Shown piece by piece: positions 1-16,608 of a DNA stretch of 64,000 nt. The notes under the pieces are model-generated. The model made no database searches and had not been told where the DNA came from. It saw nothing but the letters and a program-made list of their open reading frames with translations. The DNA comes from Hormiphora californensis. Lineage: Eukaryota > Animalia > Ctenophora. Where the stretch lies: positions 6,882,001 through 6,946,000 of the forward strand of contig CM035351.1 of NCBI GenBank assembly GCA_020137815.1, written 5' to 3'. Made by a program: the position numbers and the translations under genes. The stretch's first letter is position 1. Each line of letters begins with the position of its first letter.

Positions 1-3516
<3,516 letters not shown>

Positions 3517-3575
3517 CTCCCCATATACTCCACAAGCTTATCAATATATGTATCTCTCTCTTGCCTTGTACACTG

Positions 3576-3768
3576 TTAAAACGGCAGGCAAAAAGAAACG
3601 CAAGAAATGAAGTTTTCTCTCGTGACGGTTATCTTGAAATTCCTGATTCCATTAGCCGGGGTGCACTCCAAAGTCACGAGACTGCCACCGAGTTCCCTTT
3701 CTCTCTCGTCACATGGGTTACAGCCCCTTATCTGCTTGGGCATTGCCATTATGCGGAGCACGGTGTGC
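3576..3768 (-). CDS. Probable terminal exon of an unidentified gene (HTVLRIMAMPKQIRGC...CVSFCLPF*)
   Basis: (TC)n tract and CTGTAG acceptor precede an open frame that stops ~60 nt before the lectin ATG. No recognisable homology. Confidence 0.35.
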
Positions 3769-3798
3769 CTACAGATAGCACGGGGTATATGTAAGAGG

Positions 3799-3949
<151 letters not shown>

Positions 3950-4092
3950 CTGGGAAGGTAGACAAGAAAAAGGCATGTGAATCAGATAGGACGGTGAGGA
4001 GAGGGCTAGGGGTACTGCATGTGTCTTTGTAGATTAACGTCAGAAGGCAAATATTTTCGAGGAGGACATGCTGAATGAATACTGATGAACAT

Positions 4093-4858
4093 GAGCGCGC
4101 ACAGACTGTTCATGCGTGATCATGTCCATAAGTGGGCAAGATGTTGATCAAGTCACGCAGACTGATCAAGCTTGATCATCTGATCAAGCTTGGACAGTAA
4201 AAACTGAAACTTCATATCAAAGCGAAAACTACTGTACCCGGCTAATTTTAATACTCTGAATCACGTAAGCTAGTTTTCAAATCCGTCAGAGGTCAGGAAA
4301 GTGTTCTAATTGGGCATTATTGGGTCTAATTGACCCCACTTAAAACTTGTCACCTGGAAATAATAGACGCTTATGTGAGGGCACTTTTCCGACTAATTTT
4401 GATACGCTGAATCACATAAACAACTTTTCCACGCCCCCAGAGGTCGGGAAAGTGTCCTAATTGAGTATAATTGGATCTAATTGACCTTAATTGCTCAATT
4501 AGAGTATTTCCTGACCTCTGGGGGCTCGGACAAGTTGCTTATATGATTCAGCGTATCAAAATTAGTCGGAAAAGTGCCCTCACGTCATTTCCAGGTGACA
4601 AGTTGTAAGTGGGGTCAATTAGACCCAATTATGCCCAATTAGGACACTTTCCCGACCTCTGAAGGATTTGAAAACTAGCTTACGTGATTCAGAGTATCAA
4701 AATTAGTCGGGTACAGTGGTTTTTGCTTTGATATGAATAAGTTTCAGTTTTTACTGTACAAGCTTGATCAGATGATCAAGCTTGAACAGTCTGCGTGACT
4801 TGATCAACATCTTGCCCACTTATGAACATGATCACGCATGAACAGTCTGTGCGCGCCC
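4093..4858. mobile_element. ~770-bp foldback (palindromic) MITE
   Basis: Arms G(A/G)GCGCGCACAGACTGTTCATGCG... and ...CGCATGAACAGTCTGTGCGCGCCC pair along almost the whole length, centre ~4480. Each arm has an internal sub-repeat. Confidence 0.9.
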
Positions 4859-4957
4859 TAAGGTAAAAGAAGAAAGAAAAACTGCATTCTCAAGAAAGTT
4901 GGGCAACTCACACCTCCAAATAAAATAAGTTCGTCTAACACACTGGGGTCTAGAACA

Positions 4958-5443
4958 CACTGTTCAATAGGGGTTGCTAAGTTGAAAAATATCGCTTTCG
5001 AACATTATGTCTGGTATTCAGTGGGTAATTTTCTACTGATATCCGAAGTTTCAGCCCAAACGGTTGAGCCACTTCGAATCGCAAGCGACTTTCATAACCC
5101 GCGTTTTTGCGTAAATAATGGGAATTTTAGAGTTAATGAAGTCAATGGAGCACTATATTTTGTATACCTTGCTGTATACTCAAAATATCGCTTTCGAACA
5201 TTATGTCTGGTATTCAGTGGGTAATTTTCTACTGATATTCGAAGTTTCAGCCCAAACGGTTGAGCCACTTTGAATCGCAAGCCACTTTTGTGACCCTTAT
5301 TTTCGGTGAAAAATCGGGAAAAAATCGGGAAAAAAAATTGAAATTTTAAAATTTCAAAACACGGAAATTAGTCCCTAGAACATCCCAATACACGTGCAAC
5401 ACTTTAAAATTGTGTATTTTTTATTTTCAACTTAGCAACAGTG
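4958..5443. mobile_element. Non-autonomous TIR element with CACTG...CAGTG ends (possibly CACTA/EnSpm-like) and an internal ~105-bp direct repeat
   Basis: GTTGCTAAGTTGAAAA / TTTTCAACTTAGCAAC inverted ends. Duplicated unit at ~4988-5095 and ~5183-5290. Confidence 0.55.
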
Positions 5444-7574
5444 TTCAAATGTCATATTTTAGACGGAATAATTTGCTGTGGTTGCGAAATTACTCCTCAG
5501 GCTATCTCGCGGCTTTAGCAAGGTAGGGGTAAGAGTCCTTAATTTATTAATGAACGTAGAAATAGTTCATGAATGAAAGATGAACTTTTGAATTAACAAT
5601 TTATCATGTTTATGGGCCACCTTGTTTATACTGAGTATATAATATATATACAAGGTGTCCCAGCGCGGTACGTAGAGTACGTACCACGTACCACGTTGAG
5701 ATAAGGGGGAAGATCGAGTGAAGCAGGCCAAAGAGTATCATGGTCCGAGCAGTATTAGAGTGTGAGCAGTATCAGGGTCTTGCATAGTTCAGGCAGAGGT
5801 TCCGGGCAGGGTTATTTGGGCAGAGGTTCCCTGTAGAGAGTTTCAAGTAGAGAGACAACAGGAATTACAGGATCGTGGAGCTTCTGGAACTGCCTCTTTC
5901 TGTTTGAGCTCGGGCTTATAAGCGCTCTGGACGACCGCTGTCGTCCAGAGCTAATGAGTGGTGCACCAGGTGGCTTTCATGCTGTTCACCTCCTCATAGG
6001 ACTGGTCGCATAGGACTGGTCGCAATAAATTATGCGCTCTATCCCATTCTATTGTATGTAGGCCGTAGGGGCACGGGAAAAGATGCTCCCCTGGCTCACT
6101 AGACTACGAGACCGAAGACACAGGAATGCGTGCCTGGGCTTATTAAGACGAGCGTTGGGGCACGTAATAAAGTGACCCCGAGCTCACCACGATACATAAC
6201 AGGGTACCCAGAAATATACGACTGATGCTTCAGCTGGGATTATTTCTATTATTATTATTATTAGGCCATCTGGCATTCTGACGAGTCGGTTTCCGGTTTG
6301 TTCTGCACACGGTCCCGCGTACAAGTGCGTCTTTAGTGCGTCTAGAGCCGTAGCATCTATATTAATATTGGTGACGCGGTCACCCCTCCACAAGGGCCGC
6401 GCGAAGCGCGGCAACGAAGCTCGCGAAGCATAATAATAGGGGATGTCATCACCAAATATTAATAGTATGTTGTAACATCGTCCCTAGTTACATCGTCTCG
6501 GGCTAACCCGATTTTGAGAAGGCTCGCACAGCTAGATCGATCAGTACCCCGGGTAACGCATTGAAATGGAGCTTTCATTCTCTATTCGATCAGGGCTGCA
6601 TCACGGGTATATCTAGGATAATTCTAAGTGGGATTATTGTAACAACGGGTGAGCAGTATCATGGAACCCCTCTCCGGCCCCTCCCGACTAAAGTAATGAT
6701 ACTATGATATCCAGATCATAATATCGTTTATTTGTTTAGATTACAATCCCCCCACCCCCCGTTGCTCGTAATTATGCCCTGCTAATCGTACAGTGATAGT
6801 ACGTGTGATACAGTTATCCGTTTAATAACTAGTTATAATAAGCTGGAATGTAGTAATAATGCTGTACAAGATTAAAAAAAGGGATATGGAGAGGAAGAGG
6901 GAGAGGGAATTAAGAAAGAACTCTTTCTGCTTTTTTATCTAATCCAGTTTGTATTAATAATAAAGTGTTGTAATGTGTGCGGGGTGAGGCAGGATCGAAC
7001 AAGACAAACATTGACCAATCACCGCCCAGAAATAATGGTAACAATCGCCTTCCTACCATTCAGACACACCCCAAGTCATTATAAATCATCAATCATGTCA
7101 TTGGTGTGTGAGGGCGAGGCATTGAATCATAACAAGTGGTCATCATGATCTCCACAGCTCTTGTCTACTACCGGGGCTGCCCATGATAACTTGTATGGAA
7201 TCTACTGGGTGAGATAACATGCCGCTAGGATTAGAAAGTTGGGTTCCGTGTGTAAACATAGAGTTATCCGACACCAAGCTGAGCTTTTCTGCAGTTTCAA
7301 TTTCATTTCCGCAGAGAGAGAGCCCTCTGTATAAGTATAGTTTGCCCTGTCTCATCACCCTGTCTCCCTGGCCCCACAGTTTGAAAAACAAATTCTAGTC
7401 GAATTTGTATGATTTTGTTTCACTCGTGCTTTACTTGTCTATGATTGCGTTGTCTAGCAGCGCAGCTTACCCTAGATCATATTATAGCCCTTTCTAGACG
7501 ACTTGCCTACACCTATAACACTACTAATTAGAGATTGAAACCTGGAAGGATGCGAGAGATAGAGATAGAGATAG

Positions 7575-7735
<161 letters not shown>

Positions 7736-8037
7736 ATCAAACCGGAGTTTCATTACGTACACAGAGGGAATAAGGGGAGTGAGAAAATGAGTGAGAAATT
7801 CCTAAAATGTTCCCGTTCGCATATATATTTTCCTTCCGCTCAGTATACCATGCCCTTGCAAAGAGTTAAGTGCTGCCTGCAGCAGCAGATCAAAGCCTTG
7901 CAGCACTGCAGAAGTAGGATCTATTACATGACTGTCTTTAAGCATCTTATCTTAATTTGAGTAGCTATTTGTAACTTTTAATTAATTAGCTTTGATTAGT
8001 GTAATATCACGTGTGTTCTGATCTAGTGGACCAGATT

Positions 8038-9703
8038 ATGGCGATGCTGAAGTGGTCCCCGACTCTGTTCGTAACTCTTATTGTGTAAGTTGTTCGTCGG
8101 TGCAGTAGGTAGTAACTGAGCTAGTATAAGTTCATGTGTTGCCACGTTCGATAGGTCGGTAGAATTTATTATGGTAGTTCTGAATTTAGGACAGGTCTGA
8201 ATTGCAAGCCTTCAAGAATATTTCTTACCGCGTCGAGCGTCGAGCCAGGCAAAAGAATTCTTATTCGATTATTGGGATTATTATACGTATCTCTTTCTGA
8301 TACCATAATTTGTTATATATTTATCTACATCATATCAATCACGATCATATGAAACGAAATAATATCTGCAGGTTGGTAGTGGGTGTTCAATCATGTTCAG
8401 ATTTGTACCCACGTCATTGCCCAAAATGGGCGAAAAAGGGCTTCTGCGACTTCCCAAATTACAGAAAGACTCTACAAATACACTGCAAACAGACTTGTGG
8501 CTTTTGCTCCGGTAAGCTTTTACAATATCACAGCTGGTGTAAGTTGTAATGTTAGTTGTATTGAGTGTAGGGATTAGATTAATTAGATAGATTAGTTAGA
8601 TCAACGACCCTCATTCCCCTGCAGAGTCTACCTGCATGGATCTGATCGATAGAAATATTTGTGAAAAGTATCAGCTGTACGGGCTGTGTGACGAGGGACA
8701 TGTAAAGGACGTATGTGGGGAAACTTGCGGAACATGCAAAACAAGTAACTGCAATTTGAGTATTACTCTCACATGGACTTTGATTGTCCATTACCATTTA
8801 CCCAGCCCCCAGTGGCTTCCAATCTTTGAATGTTGCTTTGTTTTTAGTGTGTCCTGAGCTGTACGTGAGGAATGGGATTATTAGCGGCGATAATAGTGAG
8901 GACAATACACGGAATCGAAAAGAGATAGCGGGACCTCTTTCAGAAGGTAAACACATCTTAGTCTTCAGAAAACTGCTTGAATTGTCTAGGTATTTTGAGC
9001 AACGCTAAATTAAAATATTGATTATTGGTCATTAGAAAGTAACCTCATCCCAGGAGACGTTGTGAAGATAGACTGTAAGGATGGATTCCAGCACATGTCA
9101 GGTTCAACCTACCTAGAGTGTCAACCCGATGGGTCATACAATGCATCTGCAGGGGTGTGTATCTCAAAAAGTAAGTTACCCTCACATACCTTAGCGACCC
9201 CACTGCAGTAGCCCACTCAATCGTTAATCGACCCAACTTCCAGCTGAGTGTGTTGTGCCAGAGAAATCAGACGGATACATTCTAACCAGTGATAACCTAC
9301 AAAGTACCATCAAGAGGACTGTCTCTCCCGGAACTTATGCCGTAATGGTAAGATAGATGAGGCTTGTACCTAACCCATCTGGCACCCTTGAACTTAGCTG
9401 ATGTAGGTCCCAGCTAGCCTTTTCTAGGACTATATTTCAATATTTGGGATCCTAATCTAAACTCAATGTTTACAGGTTTGTAGGAATGGCAGGCGAGCCC
9501 AGAGTTTCTGCTCTTCCTACGGAACATGGGTGCCTCGTATTAGGGAGTGTAACGACAACAAGGTCGACTGGAAAATATGGAAGGATCATGATGCATATTG
9601 GGACTCTGAGAAAAGCCGGAGTATTTTGATCGATTTTCCCGAGGGAGAAGAGGCGAATAGGAGTGAATATGTTGATAATGAAGAAGATTCTCGTGATTTT
9701 TGA
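8038..9703 (+). CDS. Secreted protein with 2 ShK (ShKT) domains and 2 sushi/CCP domains, acidic tail; 7 exons
   Basis: Signal MAMLKWSPTLFVTLIV. ShK1 CSDLYPRHCPKWAKKGFCDFPNYRKTLQIHCKQTCGFC. ShK2 CMDLIDRNICEKYQLYGLCDEGHVKDVCGETCGTC. CCP CPELYVRNG...GDVVKIDCKDGF...LECQPDGSYNASAGVC. Second CCP ends CSSYGTWVPRIREC. TGA at 9701-9703. Confidence 0.85.
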
Positions 9704-9938
9704 AACGAATTAACATTAGTTATAAATATTGATATGAATTAGGAATAATGTCTAATGATATTGAATATGAGTATATTATGATATAATAGGTTCAAGGTTG
9801 TTGTTTAAACCACGGCCCTACATGTCATAAACAACATTAACGTATGAAGATTGAAGATTAAAAAACTAGAAGTGTTTTAATTGCAATTGGAAATAGTGAG
9901 CCTCTTCACGGAAGGCAAATTCCTTGGGTAGAAACCCT

Positions 9939-10628
9939 GGGCACCGTTACGATCTGGGTAAGTATTTGGAGGCCTGTTTACAGGTGCACACTGCCAAAAA
10001 AGTACCATGTCTAAAACGGCTCTAACTGCCAAACCACTCAACCGATTTGGCTAATCCAAAGTTTATCTGATAGGAAATGTCAAGCCCTAAGTCCTAACCC
10101 CAACCCAAACCCCAGCCGGCAGCCCTAACCCTAACCCTACTTTAGCCCTAACCCTAAAAAACCGTGAGTGCTGACACTCCAAACACTGGGGCGAGACACA
10201 CTGAAGTTGGGCGCGCTCGTTCAAATCTCAACCTCGCGACACACACTGAAGTTCGAAGTTTCGCGAAAACCCATTTTCGGCTGAGAAATCATTTGTAAGT
10301 GGCTAACTTATTTACTGGTACATCTCTCGAGATGTCCTTTATCCATACCGAGTCAATTTCACCGTTTTAAAAGTTTTGGTGAATCGGGACAACTGTGACC
10401 GAATTAGCAAAAAAATTGTGAAACGGTGAAATTGACTCGGTATGGATAAAGGACACCTCGAGAGATGTACCAGTAAATAAGTTAGCCTCTTACAAATGAT
10501 TTCTCAGCCGAAAAAGGGTTTTCGCGAAACTTCGAACTTCGAACTTCAGTGTGTGTCGCGAGGTTGAGATTTGAACGAGCGCGCCCAACTTCAGTGTGTC
10601 TCCCCCCACTCAGATTTTAACGTTGGCC
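9939..10628 (+). mobile_element. Mutator-like MITE carrying (CCCTAA)n-like repeats, 9-bp TSD, interrupted by a nested foldback element
   Basis: Ends GGGCACCGTTACGATCTGGG...CAGATTTTAACGTTGGCC. TSD AGAAACC(C/A)T at 9930-9938 and 10629-10637. Confidence 0.8.
10188..10607. mobile_element. 420-bp near-perfect palindromic MITE (PIF/Harbinger-like: GGG ends, 3-bp TSD)
   Basis: GGGGCGAGACACACTGAAG...CTTCAGTGTGTCTCCCCCC with ACT duplicated on both sides. The host element sequence resumes exactly after it. Confidence 0.88.
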
Positions 10629-11044
10629 AGAAACCATCACGCCCTTATTAGGCTTTAAGCTAGGCTGCGTCTGTTTTTGAATAGCTTCCGCCTTCCCCTG
10701 CTTAAGTTTAAGTTAAGTTTAAGATTACAAGATTACAAGATTACAAGATTAAAATTATATTTATAATGTCAATAAATTAAATAAATGTAATTATTGACAC
10801 CCCGCTAATACACTAAACATATTGGTTCACAAGTATTAAAAATAAATATGTCCAACATGCGGACGTTTCCGCCCGTAGCTACCTCTAGCTGGGTTATCTC
10901 GTCTAATTCAAACACTCTTCAATATCACATTGTATGTACAAAAAACAGAATCAATAAACTGTCGTGATAACAAGTGATGAGTAGCGTGTAGAAGGGATGT
11001 TGTAGATAGTTTGTAGAATGAGGAATGAGGATGTGCTCGATATG

Positions 11045-11512
11045 GAGCAGCGCAAGGAAAAGGACCCAGGGATCGATGTGGAGGAGGTAGGAGTAAAGGA
11101 CCCAGGGATCGATGAGGAGCAAGGTAGGAGTAAAGGACCCAGGGATCGATGTGGAGGAGGTAGGAGTAAAGGACCCAGGGATCGATGTGGAGCAGGTAGG
11201 AGTAGAGGACCCAGGGATCGATGTGGAGCAAGGTAGGGAAAGGACCCAGGAATCGATGTGGAGGAGGTAGGAGTAAAGGACCCAGGGATCGATGTGAAGG
11301 AGGTTGGGAAAAGACCCAGGGATGGATGTGGAGCAAGGTAGGGAAAGGACCCAGGAATCGATGTGGAGGAGGTAGGAGTAAAGGACCCAGGGATCGATGT
11401 GGAGGAGGTAGGAGTAGAGGACCCAGGGATCGATGTGGAGGAGGTAGGAGTAAAGGACCCAGGAATCGATGTGGAGGAGGTAGGAGTAGAGGACCCAGGT
11501 ATCGATGTGAAG
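11045..11512. repeat. ~36-bp minisatellite (GGACCCAGGGATCGATGTGGAGGAGGTAGGAGTAAA)
   Basis: About 13 tandem copies with variants. Confidence 0.95.
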
Positions 11513-11710
11513 GAATACACGAGAAAAAGGGAGCCCAGGAATCAGGAATAGGAGTTGGGGACAGTAGTTACTTTGGGCACGTTGCGCCCCCCATGTTCGC
11601 GCGCCCGTAGGGCGATCCCCTCACGGGGCTTGCCTGCTTCGCAGGCAAGTAGTTACTCAGGAATCCATGTGGATGTACCAAATGTAGGGAAGTGAGGATT
11701 ATTTTGCCGA

Positions 11711-11900
11711 TCATTGGTTGTATGCTCTAAAGAACAAGTGCGTCTTCAGGGATGTTTTAAAAGTAGTAAGGGATTCTGAGTCCCGGATTGATCGTGGTAG
11801 CTGATTCCATAATTTAGGTGCAGCAATACTGAAAGCGCCTCTAGTGTTCTCGTAGTGGTACTCACTCCTCCGCACCTCTTTCAGAGCGGTGACGTCATTA
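11711..11900 (-). mobile_element. Non-LTR retrotransposon (L2/CR1-group) ORF2 C-terminal fragment
   Basis: GAFSIAAPKLWNQLPRSIRDSESLTTFKTSLKTHLF is the typical C-terminal motif of L2/CR1-clade RT proteins. Confidence 0.75.
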
Positions 11901-12302
11901 TCCACTCGGAGTGATTTCACTTTCTGGGGTGCACTCTGCATAGCATTAGCAAGCACTGGCCACTTTTGACACTGTCGAGAATCAAATCAGGGACTGGCGC
12001 CGCCCACCAGACAGATAAAGCAGTGCTTTTCAGACAGACTGTCCACGCCTTGGCAAACGCTGATGCCCCCGGCCCCCGCCCCCGCAGCGCTTTTCAAGTC
12101 CACGCCAAAATTCACAAACCCCAACACGGCGAAGTCAAAATATTTTTGGCAAAGATTTTTTAATCCGCGGCCCGTGGCTTTTATGTAACACGCGAAAATA
12201 TGTGTGTCTAAGCTGGAAGCAATGCGCGCGCGTATTTTTTTGAAGCTTCGCGCGCCCCCCAAAATAATTTACGATCTGGGTGTTGCCCGGTTGGGCGCGA
12301 TA

Positions 12303-12594
12303 GGGATCCCTAAAAAAGTTCAGTATTTACACAGAGTTTACACAGTCTTTACACAGTCATTACACCCAGAGCGGCGCGTGCTGCGTTTTGCAGCTTTTTC
12401 TAAGAAAATATTGGATTGTGTGCTGCACATATGAGTAAATTGAGCGCTGCGGCGAAAAAAATTTCCGAAAACGCTGCAAATCGAGTGCGAAAGACGCAGT
12501 CTTTACACCCAGAGCGGCGCGGGCGCTCTGGGTGTAACGACTGTGTAAAGACTGTGTAAACTCTGTGTAAATACTGAACTTTTTTAGGGATCCC
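12303..12594. mobile_element. MITE with ~70-bp TIRs, flanked by TA
   Basis: TA-GGGATCCCTAAAAAAGTTCAGTATTTACACAGAG... and ...CTCTGTGTAAATACTGAACTTTTTTAGGGATCCC-TA. Confidence 0.85.
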
Positions 12595-12599
12595 TATTA

Positions 12600-12722
12600 T
12601 AAAGTCCGTTTCAAGCGACTTGACCCGTAATTCTTGGAATTTGGCGCATTGTGCGTGTATTTACAAAGAGGAAATCCTGAATTTCCAGGAATCTCAGGTC
12701 AAGTCGTTTGAAACGCACTTTA
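12600..12722. mobile_element. Small MITE (Kolobok-like AG...CT ends near TTAA)
   Basis: TAAAGTCCGTTTCAAGCGACTTGACC / GGTCAAGTCGTTTGAAACGCACTTTA imperfect TIRs. Confidence 0.65.
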
Positions 12723-13471
12723 ATCTGGGTGCCTTGCAGTTGAAAAACAATGGAGTATACAGGTGCACGCTACCAAAAGAGTACACTTAGACCGACTTTT
12801 CTCAAACGGCTATAGCCACGCACCCACATGGCCAATTTGAGTAAACTAAACGGTATCTGTTAGAGAATCGATAGCCCTAACCGATAACCCCAAACCAAAC
12901 CCTAACCAGACCCTAACGGATAGCCCTAACCCGTCGCGCGCGCCAAAACTACGAATTGTTAGCAATGAAAGGCACCCAGATTTTAACGTTTTCCTGCCCG
13001 GTTTGGTGGCCAGCGTTAAAATCTGGGTGTTTTGGGAGTGCTGACAAACGGTTTTTTAAGGGTTAGGGCTAAAGTAGGGTTAGGGTTAGGGTTGGGGTTT
13101 GGGTTGGGGTTAGGCCTTGACATTCCCTACCATATAAACTTTGAATCAGCCAAAACGGTTGAGTGGTTTGGCGGTTAGAGCCATTTTAGTGAATCAACTT
13201 TTTTGGCAGCGCTCACCTGTAAACAGGCCTCCAAACACCCAGATCGTAACGGCGCCCCGGTTTGGTGGCCTGTTTTCTTGTTTTACAGGTGCGCGTTGCC
13301 AAAAAAGTTGATTCACTAAAATGGCTCTATCCGCCAAACCACTCAACCGTTTTGGCTAGTTCAAAGTTTATCTGGTAGAAAATGTCAAGGCCTAACCCTA
13401 ATCCTACTTTAGCCTTAACCCTAAAAACCGTTTGTCAGCACTCCCCAAACACCCAGATTTTAACGCTGGCC
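12722..13471. mobile_element. Cluster of three telomere-repeat-bearing Mutator-like MITEs: ~12722-12990 (+, diverged), 13008-13257 (-, complete), ~13267-13471 (+, partial)
   Basis: Homologous to the 9939 element. The 13008-13257 copy has a perfect 9-bp TSD CGGTTTGGT (12999-13007, 13258-13266). Confidence 0.85.
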
Positions 13472-13793
13472 AGAAATCAGGGCCCACGACCCAATGGCCA
13501 AAGAGCTAAAGCTATTTCAATGCTCGCTGCTCTACTAGGTTTCAAAATTCACGGAATTAAGTTTGGCAATTCTGCAAATTCGTTGCTGTCAGTGCTCGAA
13601 ACTTGCTCATACTGTCCACCTTTTCAATTGAGTTAGTTAATTTGGAGTACCGATTAACTTAATTCGTATTCCCTATTTGCACCGGTTACTCCGACTTTCC
13701 AAAAAATTCATTTGGATAATGGATTCTAAGATAATTCGAAAACTTTGTCCTTAATCTGGCATTGCTTAACAATAATATCACAGTATTTTTATA

Positions 13794-16373
13794 ATGGCTA
13801 TGAAAGTGAAGAAAAACCCATACGATTCAATCAAACCTCCTGAGATGTCTTTCGATGAAGAAGATGGTGAAACACCTATCAAGTAACTATAGGCCTTCAA
13901 AATGGGCCTAGATTGTTTACAAGTTTACAATGTTGACTATGATAAAATATTTGCCAGGAGTTTGCCTCAAACTAAAGATATTTGGGAGTTGTGTATTCAA
14001 GCCACTGAACGGGCAAATCAAGCAGCAGCAAAAAGAAGTGATCAAACAGGTAAACTAGGCTAACAACAATTAGAGTTTTTTTTCATCAAATATCGTTTGT
14101 TGTTCAGGTGCTTCATTTTTGCGTCCATCGCTCATTTTCCCGGGTATGTTTGATGTCGTCTTGTTTGAAGCTGTTTTCTTGACCTTCCTTTTTGTTTATA
14201 GAGTGACTTCTGCACGGCTGTTTTCTGAGTGTTAATTATTTCAGGAGTTGTTGTTGAAAACCAGAACAAGTCATCCGAACGAACAATTTTTGTTGTCGGG
14301 GCAAAATCCTCCGGAAAAACTGGTATCATCCTACGATTTCTTGATAGGTAAGCCGTGAATTTACATCGCTCTGACTGTGGATCTTGTGGATAACTATTTT
14401 TCACCTATCACCAATTTTCCTTGCTCGACCCTGTTTCACCGTGCCCCAGATTAATCAAAACAATCTCCCATCTCTACAGGGACGAACAGCCCAAGGCTAC
14501 AACGGCACTGGAGTACACATTTGGAAGGCGATCACGGAATGACAGTATGAGTAAGGATGTTGCCCATGTCTACGAGTTGGGTGGAGGAGTGGCACTCTCA
14601 AATCTCATAGAGATACCTGTTACTAAGGAGTGTGTCCAGACACTGAACTTTGTTATTGTAGTGGACCTCAGCAAACCAGAAACTATCTGGACTACACTTG
14701 AGTCCCTGCTGGCCGCAATTAGACAGAGGGTGAAGAAGGTTATACACGAACTAAAAGTAGACTCTCCCAGGTAAGATGATAATGGCTGATCGAGTAGATG
14801 TTCTCAACACGTCGTATATTCACACACATCATATATTGACACATCCCCCCAGTGCGGCCAATAACCTAGTCGCGGAATGTCTGGCAAGGTATGATGCTGA
14901 CCATCCTGACAAAGACTCCCTGGATATCATACCAGTGCCCATCACCATCATAGGATCTAAATACGATGTCTTCCAGAACTTTGACAGTGAGAAGAAGAAG
15001 ATAATATCCCGGACATTGAGATATGTGGCACACCATCATGGGGCTCATCTCTGTGTAAGAATTACACATTTCTCTCATCATATATAATCGGGCTAATTGT
15101 TATCTCAAATCACCCAATTTAATGTTATGTTTTCTAATGGTTTTCTCTCTCTCTATTCATCACTAATTGTACTTATCACCCCCTGCCAGTACTTTAGCTC
15201 CAAGATCGAGACGTTGGTTATGCGAGCCAGGGGGTTGTTAGGACATCTCGTGTTCAAGACACAGCTCAACAAGACAACATCAACTGACCACAATAAACCC
15301 ATTTACATGCTGGCTGGTATGGATGCTGTCAGTCAAATCGGATCACCCCCTCCTGCCCCTGGATCTAGGTACAATATACCCCCTCCTGCCCCTGGATCTA
15401 GGTACAATATACCCCCTCCTGCCCCTGGATCTAGGTACAATATACCCCCTCCTGCCCCTGGATCTAGGTACAATATACCCCCTCCTGCCCCTGGATCTAG
15501 GTACAATATACCCCCTCCTGCCACTGGATCTAGGTACAATATACCCCCTCCTGCCCCTGGATCTAGGTACAATATACCCCCTCCTGCCCCTGGATCTAGG
15601 TACAATATACCCCCTCCTGCCCCTGGATCTAGGTACAATATACCCCCTCCTGCCCCTGGATCTAGGTACAATATACCCCCTCCTGCCCCTGGATCTAGGT
15701 ACAATATACCCCCTCCTGCCCCTGGATCTAGGTACAATATACCCCTCCTGCCCCTGGATCTAGGTACAATATACCCCCTCCTGCCCCTGGATCTAGGTAC
15801 AATATACCCCCTCCTGCCCCTGGATCTAGGTACAATATACCCCCTCCTGCCCCTGGATCTAGGTACATCACATGTTATATCACACATAACAATCACACTC
15901 ACATCAATATTTGTTTCTCTCAGCAACCTCTCACACTACCTCTCACACACGCATGGAGGGGACCCATTTGGTACGGACATGGACAGGTAATACACATGTA
16001 TCATCACTAGTTTTCACGTGTATAATAACGGTGCCCACTCCCCTGCAGGTCTCTGTTAGAGCAGTGGAAACAACTGTTCCTGTCATCATTCCCCCAAGAA
16101 TCGGAAGCGGCCATGCCAGATGACCCAACCAAAGATAAGAAGTACAACGAGCCCATAGTGGATTCTGTCCGCGTCCAGAAAGATGAGGTTTGTTTGTTTG
16201 TGGTTGCTGTAAATACACATTACACATCATGTTAGAAAAAACTGTAAACATACGAACGTGATAATGTTGATAACTTGATGTCCTGATTATTTAAAGTCGT
16301 GCTATTTTAGGAGCTGGAACGATTCCGGAAAGCTCAGGAAAGGAAAATGAGACAGAGTGCAGCTCAACAGTAG
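13794..16373 (+). CDS. DYNC2LI1: Cytoplasmic dynein-2 light intermediate chain 1 (retrograde IFT)
   Basis: DIWELCIQA; P-loop [41 protein letters not shown]; [12 protein letters not shown]; [29 protein letters not shown]; [30 protein letters not shown]. Multi-exon GT-AG. Confidence 0.93.
15346..15866 (+). repeat. 33-bp tandem repeat x16 spanning a DYNC2LI1 exon/intron junction
   Basis: Unit CCCCCTCCTGCCCCTGGATCTAG|GTACAATATA. The first 12 copies are in frame ([11 protein letters not shown]). Confidence 0.97.
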
Positions 16374-16608
16374 CTTCTTGTTTATTTCTGCTGGATCAGA
16401 GATATATAAAAGGAATTCTAACTTCAGATATTTGTGTATAAAGTGTGTTTAGATGAACTCTATACAATTTATTTTAATACAGAGACAGATGTAAATTGTA
16501 TATAATAGCTTATTTATTTTCCTGTGTTAAAACACTCTAATTATGTCAAGTGCCAACTATCTCAAATGAATCTGACCCTGTCTATTCCTATCTAGCTCCC
16601 ATCTAGCC

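Noticed and set aside
6240-6440. Helitron/Helentron-like hairpin ends (also at 11626-11655)
   Set aside because: Short GC hairpins only; element boundaries and partner ends could not be established.
10085-10160. True telomere or chromosome-fusion scar
   Set aside because: Short degenerate CCCTAA runs lie inside TSD-flanked MITEs.
10908-11610. Several overlapping repetitive ORFs and CRISPR-like periodicity
   Set aside because: A plain 36-bp minisatellite with no unique spacers; the ORFs are by-products of the repeat.
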